DNA of 63,283 bases, the filler included, from Octopus bimaculoides (lineage: Eukaryota), in NCBI RefSeq assembly GCF_001194135.2. It is 3 parts of 3 records of this genome, joined end to end, with 100 filler letters (N's around TTAATTAATTAA, not from the genome) between each part and the next. Parts side by side here need not be neighbours in the genome. Positions count along the whole stretch, not along the records: positions 45,450 to 63,283 come from NC_068981.1; 2 more parts are not named here. The stretch is one strand, 5' to 3'. Each line of letters opens with the position of its first letter. Position 1 is the first letter of the stretch. Both the position numbers and the translations under genes were made by a program. Below, in pieces: positions 50,781 to 63,283 of this stretch. The notes below the pieces were generated by a model. That model was given only the letters and a program-made list of their open reading frames with translations, searched no databases and was not told where the DNA came from.

Positions 50781-51387
50781 CATTCGTATAATTTTTTTTT
50801 ATACGCGATAGTCTGTACTCACTTTTTTTCTATATGCCTGTCTAAATGAAGTATTGTTTCATCTTCTGTGATTTTGTGCATCCGTATTCTATGTATAGAA
50901 AAAGCATTATGTTTCCTTATTTGTGATTAAATGTTCGAGATGTGATATATTAGTTGGATGACCTTAAATTTGTTGTTTGTTCTACAACCAAAGTTTGTTA
51001 TACTCGTCTCATTTACTTGAGCACTTCTCTTGCAGTCCTATTAACCCTCTTGTTCCTAATAAGAAACAATCACTATTATTATTGATATATATATATATAT
51101 GTGTGTGTGTATGTGTGTGTGTGTGTAGATATATATCAATTATGTAGGTATAAGTTAGAGGTGTTTAAAACCTCTAAGGGATGTTTAAATCCAAAGGCGC
51201 TCCTGGTGATTACCTGCGTAGGTACAGTCTTTGGTAGAAGGTATACGCTAGCAGGTAATTCAGCGGGTAAACCGTAGTTTAAATTATATGTAAGAAGAAA
51301 ATGGAGGAAACATGACAGGAGAAGTTGGTCGTTTGCGATAGTAACCCATTAATTTGATTAATTAATAAAGAAAAGTGGTAGTAATAG

Positions 51388-51443
51388 TACATTTACGATT
51401 GTTTCTCTTTACCAGTTGTAGTGGTAGACATCATCAGAATGCA
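51388..51443 (-). ncRNA. Type I hammerhead fold with extra U after the core (GUA triplet)
   Basis: TGCATT-CTGATGA-T-GTCTACC...GGTAAAGA-GAAA-C-AATC-G-T-A-AATGTA. Confidence 0.55.
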
Positions 51444-51719
51444 GAGTCATATGTAGAGGTAAGAAGAGCGAAAGACGTAGGAATACATTGGTAACGAGAA
51501 TAACTCCAGCAATTCAGCTTGGAAAAGTATATTATTGTGCCAATTTTTTTAATTTTCGATTAGCTTTAATTTTAGAAATGTTGGTAGCCAAACCAACTAG
51601 TTCCTCAGGCCTTAAGAAATAACAATAAGTCCTGGGGTCGATTAATTCGACTAAAAGTTCTTCAAGGCGGTATTCCAACATGGCCTCAGTCTAATGATTG
51701 AAACAAGTTAAAGATATAT

Positions 51720-51932
51720 TAGTTTCAAATTTTGGCACAGGGCCAGGAATTTAAGAGGAGATAGTAAGTCGATTACATCGACTCCACTATTCAACTAATA
51801 CTCGTCTTATCGATCCCGAAGGGATTAAAGGTAAAGTCGACCTCGGTGGAATTTGAAAACAGAACGCGAAGTTGGACGAAATGCCGCTACGCACTTTTCC
51901 CGACGTGCTAACCTCTCTGCCAGCTCGCCACC
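51720..51932 (-). mobile_element. Family B SINE
   Basis: Reverse complement of the 29350 family. Confidence 0.75.
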
Positions 51933-52469
51933 TTGATATGCACATATATTAATTTCCGTAACCTTTTTTCACTTGTTGTACATGTATATTCTTTTCAAAA
52001 TTCGGCGGCACACCTGAACTAAAATTATAGATAAAAGTATGGGGAAAAAATTATATTCAGGTTCCACAGCGGCACACCAGTGTGCCACGATATACCGGTT
52101 GCGGAGCACTGATATGCACATATATTAATTAGCATCTTGTATTTATCTTGCTCTCATACAAAGGGAATTGTGTGGAAGAAGGAGGCTGTCAACAGATATA
52201 CAGAGACCGATTCAGTGATAGAGTGGGAAGTAAAATGAATATGTGCGGAAGAACTAAGCGTTTGTCTATCACGCTCGACCGATATTAGCAAACAGTGAAA
52301 ACTAAGACAATTAAAATGAAAGTGTGGTTGTAAGAAGGAATGCCAGGTTTCATTGACAGCTGATTTTGCATAAAACAGAAAAATACAGCTGTTGAGTTAT
52401 TTCTATAATTCAAGCAGAACGTTATGAGTTAATGAGTACACACAAACAAGAATGCCCACATATTGATTT

Positions 52470-52952
52470 CAAATTTTGGCACAAGGCCAGCAAGCTTGGC
52501 GGAGAGTCTAAATCCATTACATCGAAGTGAGGGCGCGTGGCCTAGTGGTTAGGCTGTTGCACTAACAATCGCCAGATCGTGGGTTCGATTCCCTGATTGG
52601 GCAGCGGGTTGTGTTCTTGAGCAAAACAGTTCATTTCATGCTGCTCCAGTTCCTCCTTTCCATCGGGGGGGGGGGGAGAGATTGTTTTGCTGACCTATCC
52701 AACAGAGTGGCGTCATTTGAAGGTTAAAACAATGCAAAAGCGCATTGTGACAAGCGATGTATAACAACATCTGATAGCCTGGCCGGTCACGTGATCACGT
52801 GATCATATCGACCCCAGTGCTCAACTGGGATTTATCTTATCGACCCCGAAAAGATGAAAGGCAAAGTCAACCTTAGTGGATTTTGAACTCAGAACGTTAT
52901 GCCGCTAAGCATTTTGACGGCGCGAAAACGATTCTGCCAGCTCGCCGCCTTA
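52470..52952 (-). mobile_element. Family B SINE interrupted by a plus-strand family C SINE (~52527-52805)
   Basis: B sequence stops at ...TACATCGA and resumes at ATCGACCCCAGTG; insert has head GGCGCGTGGCCTAGTGG...GGTTCGATTCC. Confidence 0.7.
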
Positions 52953-52975
52953 GAACGCCCACATAGTGATAAATT

Positions 52976-53021
<46 letters not shown>

Positions 53022-53429
53022 GAAAGAGAGGTAGGGGAGGGTAGTTTACTTATGATTCATGTTTGTGAGCACGCGAAAAACGTGTTCATTATCTCTGTAT
53101 ATCGGTGGTTCTTAACCATTTTTGGTGGGGTTGCCTCATTCCCTTTAATTAGTTGTTATGCCTAGCGCCCACCTATGTGGCGAGTGAAGTATCACGACTA
53201 AACTAATTTAGCATAGTTTATAAATTTTACTCTAAAAATAGATTATTTAAGGTTTTAACAGTAAAATGATAAAGAAAAAATTAATAAAGACACAAGTTGT
53301 AAATTTACTTAATACATTCTCAAGTTAACGATTTCCCTGTGCCTGATGAGATCTCATTTAGTTTTAATAACCGTTACATGTATTTATCATGTATAGTATA
53401 ATTACTACGATATGCAAAATTTAGTATAT

Positions 53430-53780
53430 TAATTATGTAACCCTAACCCATCGCCTCTTCACTGCACTTCCCCTCACAGCTGCACGCACATCTGCGATAT
53501 TTTTCTCAGTTCTGCTGGTTGCGGGTCTCTCAGAACGTTCGTCCCTAACGACATTTTTCGGCTTATACACTCCTCTCCATATACTTTCTGTAACTTCGCG
53601 TAGGCCTCTGAGCATGTATCGCCAAGCTTCTGGTAAAATTTGATACAGATTCATGGTGAATGTGACGATCACAGCGGAAGTTAGCTAGAATGTTCAAATC
53701 TAGTGTGCATGCACAGCAGAGCTCAAGGTCAAATTTTTGCTAAGCGGCTTCAATCTGCGTCCATTAGCTTTGTTACTATG
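53430..53780 (-). mobile_element. Tc1/mariner N-terminal fragment
   Basis: SERPATSRTEKNIADVRAAV resembles the SGRP-HTH linker. Confidence 0.5.
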
Positions 53781-53849
53781 ATAACAGTCCGGATACTTAT
53801 TGATCAGAGTGTGTGTATGCTTTTCGTTCAAAGCCACGAACCCACGTGC

Positions 53850-54260
53850 GGTGGCAAGATGCTAATGTAGGACTAACAGTGAGTGCCCAGTCAATGCAAC
53901 ACAGACACCGTAATATTCAAATCAATGGTGGTGTTGTCTTCTTACAACTGAGGGCACACTCGCAGAAATATGTTAGAGCAACGGAAGACGCCTTTAAAGC
54001 CAGACTAAATAACCAAAAATCCTTGTTTAGAATTCAAAAGAGCAATGTGCGCGCTGTTACAACGTTAGCCAACAATATATAGCGAGTAAAAGAGGAAGAA
54101 ACGTCATACAAAATCAGCCGGAAGATGTTGGAACAGCAGGGCCATGTCTAAGTGGAAGTAGATGTTGGCAAGCTTTGCATATCCGAAAGAAGAATCATTC
54201 TTACAAATTTACACGATCCTGGTGCCCTCCTGTAATTAAAAAGCAAGATATTTCTTTGCT
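53850..54260 (+). mobile_element. Penelope-like GIY-YIG endonuclease fragment
   Basis: ATEDAFKARLNNQKSLF...TTLANNI...LCISERRII. Confidence 0.6.
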
Positions 54261-55749
54261 GCCTTCATGAAGCGAAATTGCTTTCGGCAACGTGATCGTC
54301 GCCTTTTTTAGACTCGAGAACCAAAAAAACTGGTATAAATGCACAGTTGAATCTTCAACCACAGCTGCCATCGTATCATGGGAAGCGAGTCTTCTTTCTC
54401 TTCTGCTTTTTATCTTTATATCATCAATGTGTAGATCAAGACTGTATATTTACATCCAGCTATATGCTATTGACCAGCATATCTGAGGAGACGTCAGTAT
54501 TGCCAGTGCAACAGTCGGCTCATATCCGTCAGCAACATTCTGACGAGATCATGGTTTCGATTTCTGGACAGGAACACTGCATAGTGTTCTTGAGCAAAAT
54601 ACTTCATCTTACGTTGCTCTGTGATCACTTTGACATCTGGCATATGACATGTGGCACAGCGTGCACCTGCACAGGCAATGTCGATTTAATAGAGGAAATG
54701 AGTTAATGTACTGTACAAGCATTTGATCACAATAAACACATCATCTGTGCAGGTTGTTCAGCAAGAAACTGTGGAACCCTCATCTATCGTCTGCTAAGGC
54801 AAGTTCACCATTATATGTATGTATGTATGTATGTATGAAAGGCAAAGTCGACCACGGCGGAATTTGAACTCAAAACGTAATGACAGACGAAATGCCGTTA
54901 AACATTTCGTCCGGCGTGCTAACGATTCTGTCAGTACCACACGTCCACTAATGAGGCTAGTTGCACTAACCTCATTAGTGTACATGTGGTACTGGTCCTG
55001 CGTGAGTATCCTGCTTCTGTTTCAGGTATGAGCCCATCTACTAAGATTTTCTTTATACTAGGTGCACAGCTTAAATAAACTCTTGAGAGTTGTCTAAATA
55101 TTTTCCCGTGTCTATACGTTTGGGGAAAGTGTTTATCTACGAAACTAAAAAAAGATCTGATCTATACAAGTTTTATGTTCAGGGAGAATGGGTTGTGAGT
55201 CACAAAACTTTCCTGGGGAATTTTTTCTTAGCGGAGTTAGAGTCGGGCGCCTAACTAATCCAACCTTTAAATCACCTGAAGGATTCTCAATAACGTTGGC
55301 TGTCTTCATAAATTTACAATGTTTATCAACCCCTTTTATGATGATATCAAAACATGCTGTAATTAATGGAAAATACTCATGACCATTTTCAATCAGAGCT
55401 GATGCAAACAGTGATATGACTTATTGTTAAGTATAGCAATATACTTAACCAATCGCTTTCAAGAAACTGGTCTGAAGATATTTATTATCGCAGCTGTATA
55501 ACAGGTAAGTTGCTCAGCCTTAAGTGGTTTAATTCTAGATAATACTATGTATCTTTGATAAGACGGCTCCTGAACACTGATAACTACCATATCGTTGCAC
55601 CCAATGCAACTGATCTTCCAACACTTCTATGTAAAATTTAATTCGCATTATAACATGCTTGGCGTCGCAATAAATCTTGATAAAACTGCTTTTTATCATA
55701 ACTGCCCTGGAAATCCTCTTGAGTCTCCCAAACTGAAGGTATCTGATAA

Positions 55750-55787
<38 letters not shown>

Positions 55788-55849
55788 CTTTCTGTCTATC
55801 AACCTGGTCGACTATTTGTCAATCTTTCTTTCTTTCCCTCTCCCCCCTA

Positions 55850-55898
<49 letters not shown>

Positions 55899-55987
55899 GT
55901 GCTGAATCTATTGTGTATACGTGTATATATATACACACATACATACATATATACACGCATACACACACACACACACACACATACACA

Positions 55988-56250
55988 CCGGGTTATTCAA
56001 AAAGAAGGAACCGATTTCATTACGTAATATTTTAATAAGGAAAAGCAATAGAAAATTTCAGCTGAGTCACAAGTATTTACTCGCAATCAACTTTTATTTC
56101 CTGTCTTACAAGTGTTCAATGTGGCCACCACTTGCAGCACGGGCAACATCAATGCGATCAGAGAATTCCAGCATATCACGATCCACTAAGTTGATCACTG
56201 TTCGATGTTTAGTGGGTAGCGGTGGAACATAAACGCGATCTTTTACCGCT
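55988..56250 (-). mobile_element. 3' end and TIR of a Tc1/mariner element
   Basis: CCGGGTTATTCAAAAAG terminus; VKDRVYVPPLP...RIDVARAASGGHIEHL*. Confidence 0.7.
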
Positions 56251-56809
56251 ACTCACTAGCTTCGTTGTCGTTGAATGCTCGAAATGAGGAGTAGATAGAC
56301 ATCTAACTTCAATATCTCTGAAAATGAGGAATATATTTAATATATTATATTACATTAAGAAAGATTCACATATTGTACTCCAAGTTTCCCGGCAACCCAC
56401 AAGTATGAAGTTGTCCGACTGACAGTTAGCTAACAATTCCCGTGACACCGTTCGCCAACTGCTGCATGAAGTTGCTACATGGAAAAACCAGTGCTATGTA
56501 AGAAGGTCAGCGTACCATTTAACCGACTAAAGGAACAACTCTGATTTAATTGGAAGATTTTGGTCGACATTCCCGCGCACACTTACGCAATCATATATAT
56601 ACACACACACACACATATACACACAAACACAGACGCATATATACGAACATGTGAGTTGGTTATATAAAAATATATGTATGTATATTACGCCTTTATTTCT
56701 ACTAGCTTGGAAAGATTAAACCTACAGCAATTACGAAAATGAAATATAATAAAAGTTAAAATTAACATCGAACAATTAACAACAATAATAGTGAAATTAT
56801 TTCTATTAC

Positions 56810-57192
56810 AGACACAAGGCCTGAAATGTTTGGAAAGGAAAGTAGTTGATTATATCGATCCCAGTATTCAAATTGTAGATATTTTATCGACTCCAAAAAG
56901 ATGAAATGTAAAGTTGACCTCGGAGGAATTAGAACGACTCAGAACGTGCAGCCAAGAAAGAAATACCGCTAAGCCTTTTGTCCGGCGTGCTAACGATTCT
57001 TTTCTACTCTAGGTACAAGGCCCGAAATTTTAGGGGAGTGGGCCAGTCGATTAGATTGACCCCACTGCGCAACTGGTACTTAATTTATCGACCCCGAAAG
57101 GATGAAAGTCAAGGTCGACCTCGGCGGAATTTAGACTCAGAACGTAATGACAGACGAAATACCATGCTTAACGTTTCTGCCAGCTCGCCGCC
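56810..57192 (-). mobile_element. Two tandem family B SINEs
   Basis: Two consecutive copies of the family B body (~56810-57000, ~57000-57192). Confidence 0.75.
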
Positions 57193-57665
57193 ATAATACA
57201 AGCTGATCTCCGTCTGTCTGTCCGTCACAAGATATATGCGAAGGAGGGGAAGAAGGGGAGGAAAAAGGTTGTCGCTGAGAGAGAAATACAGAGGGGGGGA
57301 AGATAGATAGGTAGAGTGTTGTCACCATAGTAACAAACAATTTTTGATTAAAAACGCGGGAATTTTAAGTACAAGTCCATGAACACAACGCAACGCAGAC
57401 TTCAAAAAAGATTTTTATTATATAGCATAACTACTATTAACTGGCCGTGTTCTCTGTAACACTTATGTGTGTGTGTGTCGTTAGTGTGTATTTCTGTGTG
57501 TATGTGTGTGCGTTTCTGTATGTCTTTGAACATACAGACAACGCAACACAGACTTCAAGAAAAACCTTTCACTATAATGACAAGTTGTTGTTGTTGCTGT
57601 TGTTGTTGTTGCTGTTGTTGTTGTTGTTGTTGAGAAACAGAAATACAGTGAGAGAGAGCGTGTGT

Positions 57666-57719
<54 letters not shown>

Positions 57720-57784
57720 GTTGTCAACATAGTAACTAACGAGTCTTTCATTTTATAACACTACTGTAGCGAAGTTTCTCTCTC

Positions 57785-58500
57785 TGTTATATATGCATGA
57801 ATGCGGACGCAGCAGATAACATCTAGCCTTCGGCCGCATCTTTGGACCCTGTTGTGTCCACCACTCTGATTGGTTGGTATTGGCGCATTTTTGTCTCGTG
57901 TTCTATTTCGCGCCAGAGTGCAAACCAATCAATCGCAGCCTTCTGATAAGGTCACGTGGAACAGTTTTCTGAACCCTTGGTTGAGCCGATTATTTCTTAT
58001 AAATAGCTAGCTTGTCTGCGCTAAAGTTGTCTCGGCTTTAGACCTTCTGAGGTCTAGCCGCTGACCACAGAGCACCAGCCAGTTCCAGCGACTACACGAC
58101 ACAGCTTCACGGAGATCCAACACTTCTTTCAACACCTTGCTGCAAACTCCATCTTCGACGCCACCATCAGCTACTTCATCGTCAGCGTCTACACCGACAT
58201 CTCTACGTACACACCACCAACAGCACTCGCACAGGTTAACTTTCTCAATGCTGTTTGTGTGAAATGCTTCACCAGGGTAAACGGCCAGAATTCAACCTGC
58301 GAGAACTCCTATACCAAGTAACCGGCCACAGCATTGAAGCCTTAACTTCTTACACGACATGTGTCTTACTTCGGCTCTGCCTTCAACGCCACAACCTCCT
58401 GGTACAGTACTTCGACTACTGTGTACCTTAGCTACGAACTGATATTTCTCATCCTTGCGTCTGGACTTCTAACGTCCTTATTATAGACTGTTTTCTATGC
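57785..58500 (+). promoter_or_regulatory. CpG-rich promoter-like block, possibly an LTR
   Basis: ATTGG 57869 and 57879, TTTCGCGCCA 57906, CCAAT 57925, CACGTG 57953, TATAAATA 57998; starts TGTTAT but no matching 3' end found. Confidence 0.5.
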
Positions 58501-59580
58501 TCTGCGAAAAATACATACACACATAAGTTTTTTACTCACACATATCACCATATATTGGAAAAAATTAAAAAGAAAAAGAAATAAAATATAATCAAGATAG
58601 TTAAAATAAGCTATCATATTCCACTATATAATTTATATAATTTATAAATATATATCAACATATTACATATTTATACCCAAAAAGTCCACTAATAAAAAAT
58701 TTTAAATGATATAAGAAATAAAAAAATAATTTAATTCCATATAATGACAACTCCTTCTCTGAGTTATATCCTCTGTATAAATATTAGTACTAAATATATA
58801 TTGATAATATATTAATATCAACTAAACAAATAACTTGAAAAAACAGTCAGATTTATTATTCATTAATACTAATGAAATATTAGAATATAATAATTAACTA
58901 AATTGAATTAGTTAGATTAAATTTTGTTGATTTTATGGTGCATACGATGAATTGAAACAATTGTAGGTCTGGTCTTGTCAATGTATTAATAAACTTTTAT
59001 TAATCTTATCTCCATCTTCTCCCTTGGTTTTTTATAATATTAATACTATATATGCATGTACCTGTATTGTCGGGTATTCAAGCAGTCTAATCTTGGATAT
59101 TTTTATCCCCCTGAGGTTTACATTCTCACCTGTACTTTGATATATATATATATATATATANNNNNNNNNNNNNNNNNNNNNNNNNNNNNNNNNNNNNNNN
59201 NNNNNNNNNNNNNNNNNNNNNNNNNNNNNNNNNNNNNNNNNNNNNNNNNNNNNNNNNNNNNNNNNNNNNNNNNNNNNNNNNNNNNNNNNNNNNNNNNNNN
59301 NNNNNNNNNNNNNNNNNNNNNNNNNNNNNNNNNNNNNNNNNNNNNNNNNNNNNNNNNNNNNNNNNNNNNNNNNNNNNNNNNNNNNNNNNNNNNNNNNNNN
59401 NNNNNNNNNNNNNNNNNNNNNNNNNNNNNNNNNNNNNNNNNNNNNNNNNNNNNNNNNNNNNNNNNNNNNNNNNNNNNNNNNNNNNNNNNNNNNNNNNNNN
59501 NNNNNNNNNNNNNNNNNNNNNNNNNNNNNNNNNNNNNNNNNNNNNNNNNNNNNNNNNNNNNNNNNNNNNNNTATATATAT

Positions 59581-59760
59581 AGGGGGAATTCACGAAAAAA
59601 CAACAGACGAAGACAGGTGGTGTAAACAACAAATGGATGTATTAGTATAACGCTCGGGAATAGAGAAAGTCTTTAACGTTTCGATCCTACGCTCTTCAAC
59701 AGAAAGGAACACAGAAAGAAAGAAGGAGAGAAAAAATATGTGTAATAAAGGTTTTCCACA
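59581..59760 (-). mobile_element. Second copy of the 37690 element with variant hammerhead fold (59671-59707)
   Basis: CTTT-CTGTTGAA-GAGC(GTAG)GATC-GAAA-CG-T-T-AAAG; 3' end at (TA)n. Confidence 0.6.
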
Positions 59761-61034
59761 GGTTAAAAAGTTCAAAGGCTTTAGACGTCGTGGTGTATTG
59801 CGGCGATTTCTTATCAGTAGATAGGTACAGCGTAATCCGTAGGCAGGAGAGGTGCAACCGGAGAGTGCAAAGTTATGCTCTTTTCTTCCTCTATTTAAGT
59901 TAGAATAAGTTTTGACTGGCCATCTACTTGGTTGCAAGGTTGTGAAAAGGTCTTGCAGAATTTTATAGTCCCAGATGTCGCGATCGTTTGTAGATTATGA
60001 ATTAAGGATTTGTATTTTCTCCCCAAGATCTCACATTCAGATATACTTTGGTATGTATCCTGTAGATCTAATAATAAATGTTACGAAACTGAAAGTATAT
60101 CTTGGGTACTGGATACGCAAACTCCTTATCAATTGTCTATAGATGTCTCCACTCTCTTGTATTTTTCTGGCCACATTCGTGTCCATGTATGTATGTATGT
60201 ATGTGTAAAAGACAAGCCCCTGCACAGTTCCCACATTCTCTCGCAAGATACTGTAAGTGAATTTGTCCAGGGTGCTGCACAGTATGACTGAAACCGAAAG
60301 AACGCGATTGCGAAGCGTATTTCCTAGTCAACAAACATATATAGAAATGTTTTTATAGCTCCGCTATTATAACAACATCAAGCGTATGTTCTTTCAATCA
60401 ACATTTATTCTGTTAGATGTCAGTGTTCGAGTAGAAATGTTCTCATGTGTTACTATCTTTCCAAATCCTGTTGCATTTCACATGGAATTCTCGGTCCTCC
60501 AACGTCGGTTTTCTGTATAAGTCGACATACCATTATTTGGGCTGTAAGTTTGGGTTTGAAAAACCTCGACATTTCATTCCGAAAATATGGTATCTCATTT
60601 TACACTGCTAAACACAAATGTAAAACACACACAAATTTTACTCACATTTTACATTCATTTGTGAACTGGAACTGAGGTAGAGGACACCTCCCTATAGTGA
60701 CGTACAGTGGGGTTGAACTTAGAATCACGCAGATGTAAAGCGAACGCTTTAACTACACAGCCATGCAAGTTTTAATTACATATTTTTATGACTAAATTTT
60801 TAGGCTATTAACCCAGAACTAGAAGATTATAATAAACCCATTGTATCTGTTTTTCTTTTGTTTTTCTTTGTTTATATTATATTTGGCAATATATTTAACA
60901 GATTAGATGAAAGTCTTTACCATTTCAAATAGAATATAGATTTATGTTGATTAAACACTGAATGGTGAGCTAACTTGAAATTAATACTAAGGACTTATTC
61001 ACATACACACACACACACACTCCTTATGCATACA

Positions 61035-61067
<33 letters not shown>

Positions 61068-61139
61068 GCATACATACATACATTCGTACATACATGCATA
61101 CGTACGTACGTACATACATATACGCACGCGCGCACACAG

Positions 61140-61511
61140 ACACAGACACACACACGTGTGTGTATGGTTAGCTTTGCCTAATAGTGACAAACGATGCTGG
61201 TGTGTTTACATCCCCATAGCGGTTCGACAAAAGACACTGATAGAATAAGCACTAAGCTTACAAAGAATAAGTCCTGGGGTCAATTTGCTCGACTAAAGGC
61301 GGTGCTCCAGCATGGACGCAATCAAATGACTGAAACAAGTAAAAGAGTAAAAGAGAACGTTGAATTTAAAAACGACAGCGAGATGGCAGAATCGTCAGCG
61401 CGTTGGACAGAAATGCTTAGCAGAATTTCTTCCGGTGCTTTATGTTCATAGTTCAAATTCCGCCGAGACCGACTCTGCCTTTCATCTTTTCGGATTAAAA
61501 TTAAGCACCAG
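61140..61511 (+). mobile_element. Family A SINE 3' half followed by a family B SINE (61375 to the gap)
   Basis: Matches other copies in the window. Confidence 0.75.
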
Positions 61512-63039
61512 NNNNNNNNNNNNNNNNNNNNNNNNNNNNNNNNNNNNNNNNNNNNNNNNNNNNNNNNNNNNNNNNNNNNNNNNNNNNNNNNNNNNNNNNN
61601 NNNNNNNNNNNNNNNNNNNNNNNNNNNNNNNNNNNNNNNNNNNNNNNNNNNNNNNNNNNNNNNNNNNNNNNNNNNNNNNNNNNNNNNNNNNNNNNNNNNN
61701 NNNNNNNNNNNNNNNNNNNNNGAAAATGTAGGGAAGGGCAGGAGTGGGTGTCCCTTAATCCGTTTAAATTGTTGGCTCCTAGCCAAGAGGTAAAATTAAG
61801 CATCCACAATTGAAAAATTACTAATATAGAGGTGAAAAGTGCAGAGCACAAAAGTTTTGAACCCTTTCAGTTCAAAGCCAGCTTGAGATATAATAAAGAA
61901 CAGTTGTTGTTGCTGTTTATGTTGTTGTTGTTGTTGCTGTTGCTGTTGTTTTCGTTGTTTGCAAAATGATGGTGAGCTGGCAGAATCGTTAGCACGCCGG
62001 ACAAAATGCTTAGCGGCATTTCGTCGGTCTTTTCACACTAAGTTCAAATTCTGCTGATAGAGATAAGGTGTTGTAGATTTGGTTATCTGAAAGTTGAATT
62101 GTTTCTCGTAGAAAATTATATTTTTTTTTATTAATATTTACCGGAAACCCTCTCCTTGGGACGTAGATTTCGAAAATTAAATCCGTTTTTCCTGAAGACA
62201 AACAAACTCGTTTTCAATTTTATATCTCAATCAAAAGTTGTATGTTTCAAAATAATTCTGTGTAACGGAGTAATTGTACGTTTTAGAATCTGTAATTTTT
62301 TTAACATTTCAAACAAAATTTACAAAGACTCTGTTCTACCGTTGAAGGAGCGCTGAGGTTCCACAGACACCACGTTGGCAACCTCTGCCCCAGAACAGCC
62401 CTTGAATTTGGTGCACCCTGCATGAGGCCTATACAACCTATACAGGCAAGTAAATCGGTTCTAAAGTGCCGATCCCATAAAAGTGTCACACGAAACGGAC
62501 TGCCCCTCACCCCTAACTATGCTACTTTCTCTGCCCTAAAGTGATGTTGCTATTCTAGTCATCGACTCCCGACCATGAATCAGGCAGCACTAGTTTAAAT
62601 TATTACCCGGCGCTATCAGTTAAACCAGTGCTATCTAATTCATGGTAGTCATTTTTAAGGTTTTGGACGATCAATATTGACCTTGCATCTGCAGATGTAC
62701 ATGCAGACCTGGACAAGATTTTTTTAAAGACTAACAGTTACCCGTGTATGCAAGCCTCCTCTCTGCACGCTACCAATGTTTATCCAATGTATAAGGCTAC
62801 CAACTTGGGACAAATGCCCAAGGAGCTAGAACAAAATCCCCATCCTTCGAATACTTTTGTCAATTCACTGCTCAAGCTGGATACTTATTCTATCAGTTTC
62901 TAAAGGATGATGGGCCACTGTTGACTTCGGATGGATTTGAACTCAAAGCGCAGTGAGTCTGGACAACTACCGCATGGCATTGGAGTGCCAGTTCTCTAAC
63001 AACTCTCAACTTGTTTCTCTTGACAAAAGATGATCTAGC

Positions 63040-63260
63040 AGGTATAGTTCTTTTTAAGTTTGGCAAAAGGCCAACAGTATTAAGGGGGAGAAGTCGATTA
63101 CTCAACTGATACTCACTCTTGCTCAACTGGTACTCACTTATCTTATCAACCCAGGTGCTCACTTATTTTATCAGCCCGAAGCATCAGATCGTAAAGTCGA
63201 CCTCAGTAGCATTTGAACTCAGAATGTAAAGTGCTAGAAGAAATACCACCAAGCATTTAA
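63040..63260 (-). mobile_element. Family B SINE with short internal duplications
   Basis: AAAGTCGACCTCAGTAGCATTTGAACTCAGAA; repeated CTCAACTG(A/G)TACTCACT. Confidence 0.65.
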
Positions 63261-63283
63261 AATTATTATTATTATTATTTTTT

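Noticed and set aside
55150-55740. Possible additional Penelope GIY-YIG remnant (minus)
   Set aside because: Too degraded to support.

Overview
AT-rich, microsatellite-rich animal genomic DNA with many N gaps. The SINE/LINE repertoire suggests a coleoid cephalopod, probably Octopus (inference, not verified). Two 100-bp placeholders (44N-TTAATTAATTAA-44N, at 25159-25258 and 45350-45449) are artificial joins of unknown size. Most of the window is transposon-derived: nested L1/Tx1, RTE, R4/Dong-like and Hero-like LINE remnants, Tc1/mariner, hAT, Helitron, Gypsy and Penelope-like fragments, and four tRNA-derived SINE families. The only recognisable host coding sequence is a ~65-codon segment resembling the N-terminus of AMP deaminase (19724-19917, +); it lies between two consecutive motifs of an L1 reverse transcriptase, and no catalytic AMPD exons were seen. 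Main leads: (i) several type I hammerhead-ribozyme folds with variant cores in short elements abutting microsatellites, one in an inverted-repeat element with outward-facing ribozymes; (ii) an LTR followed directly by 12 nt complementary to the 5' end of tRNA-Phe instead of a normal primer-binding site; (iii) the AMPD piece embedded in an L1; (iv) a fold-back Tc1 transposase; (v) a CpG-poor to CpG-normal switch near 24.87 kb. All homology calls are by eye or recall and need database confirmation.
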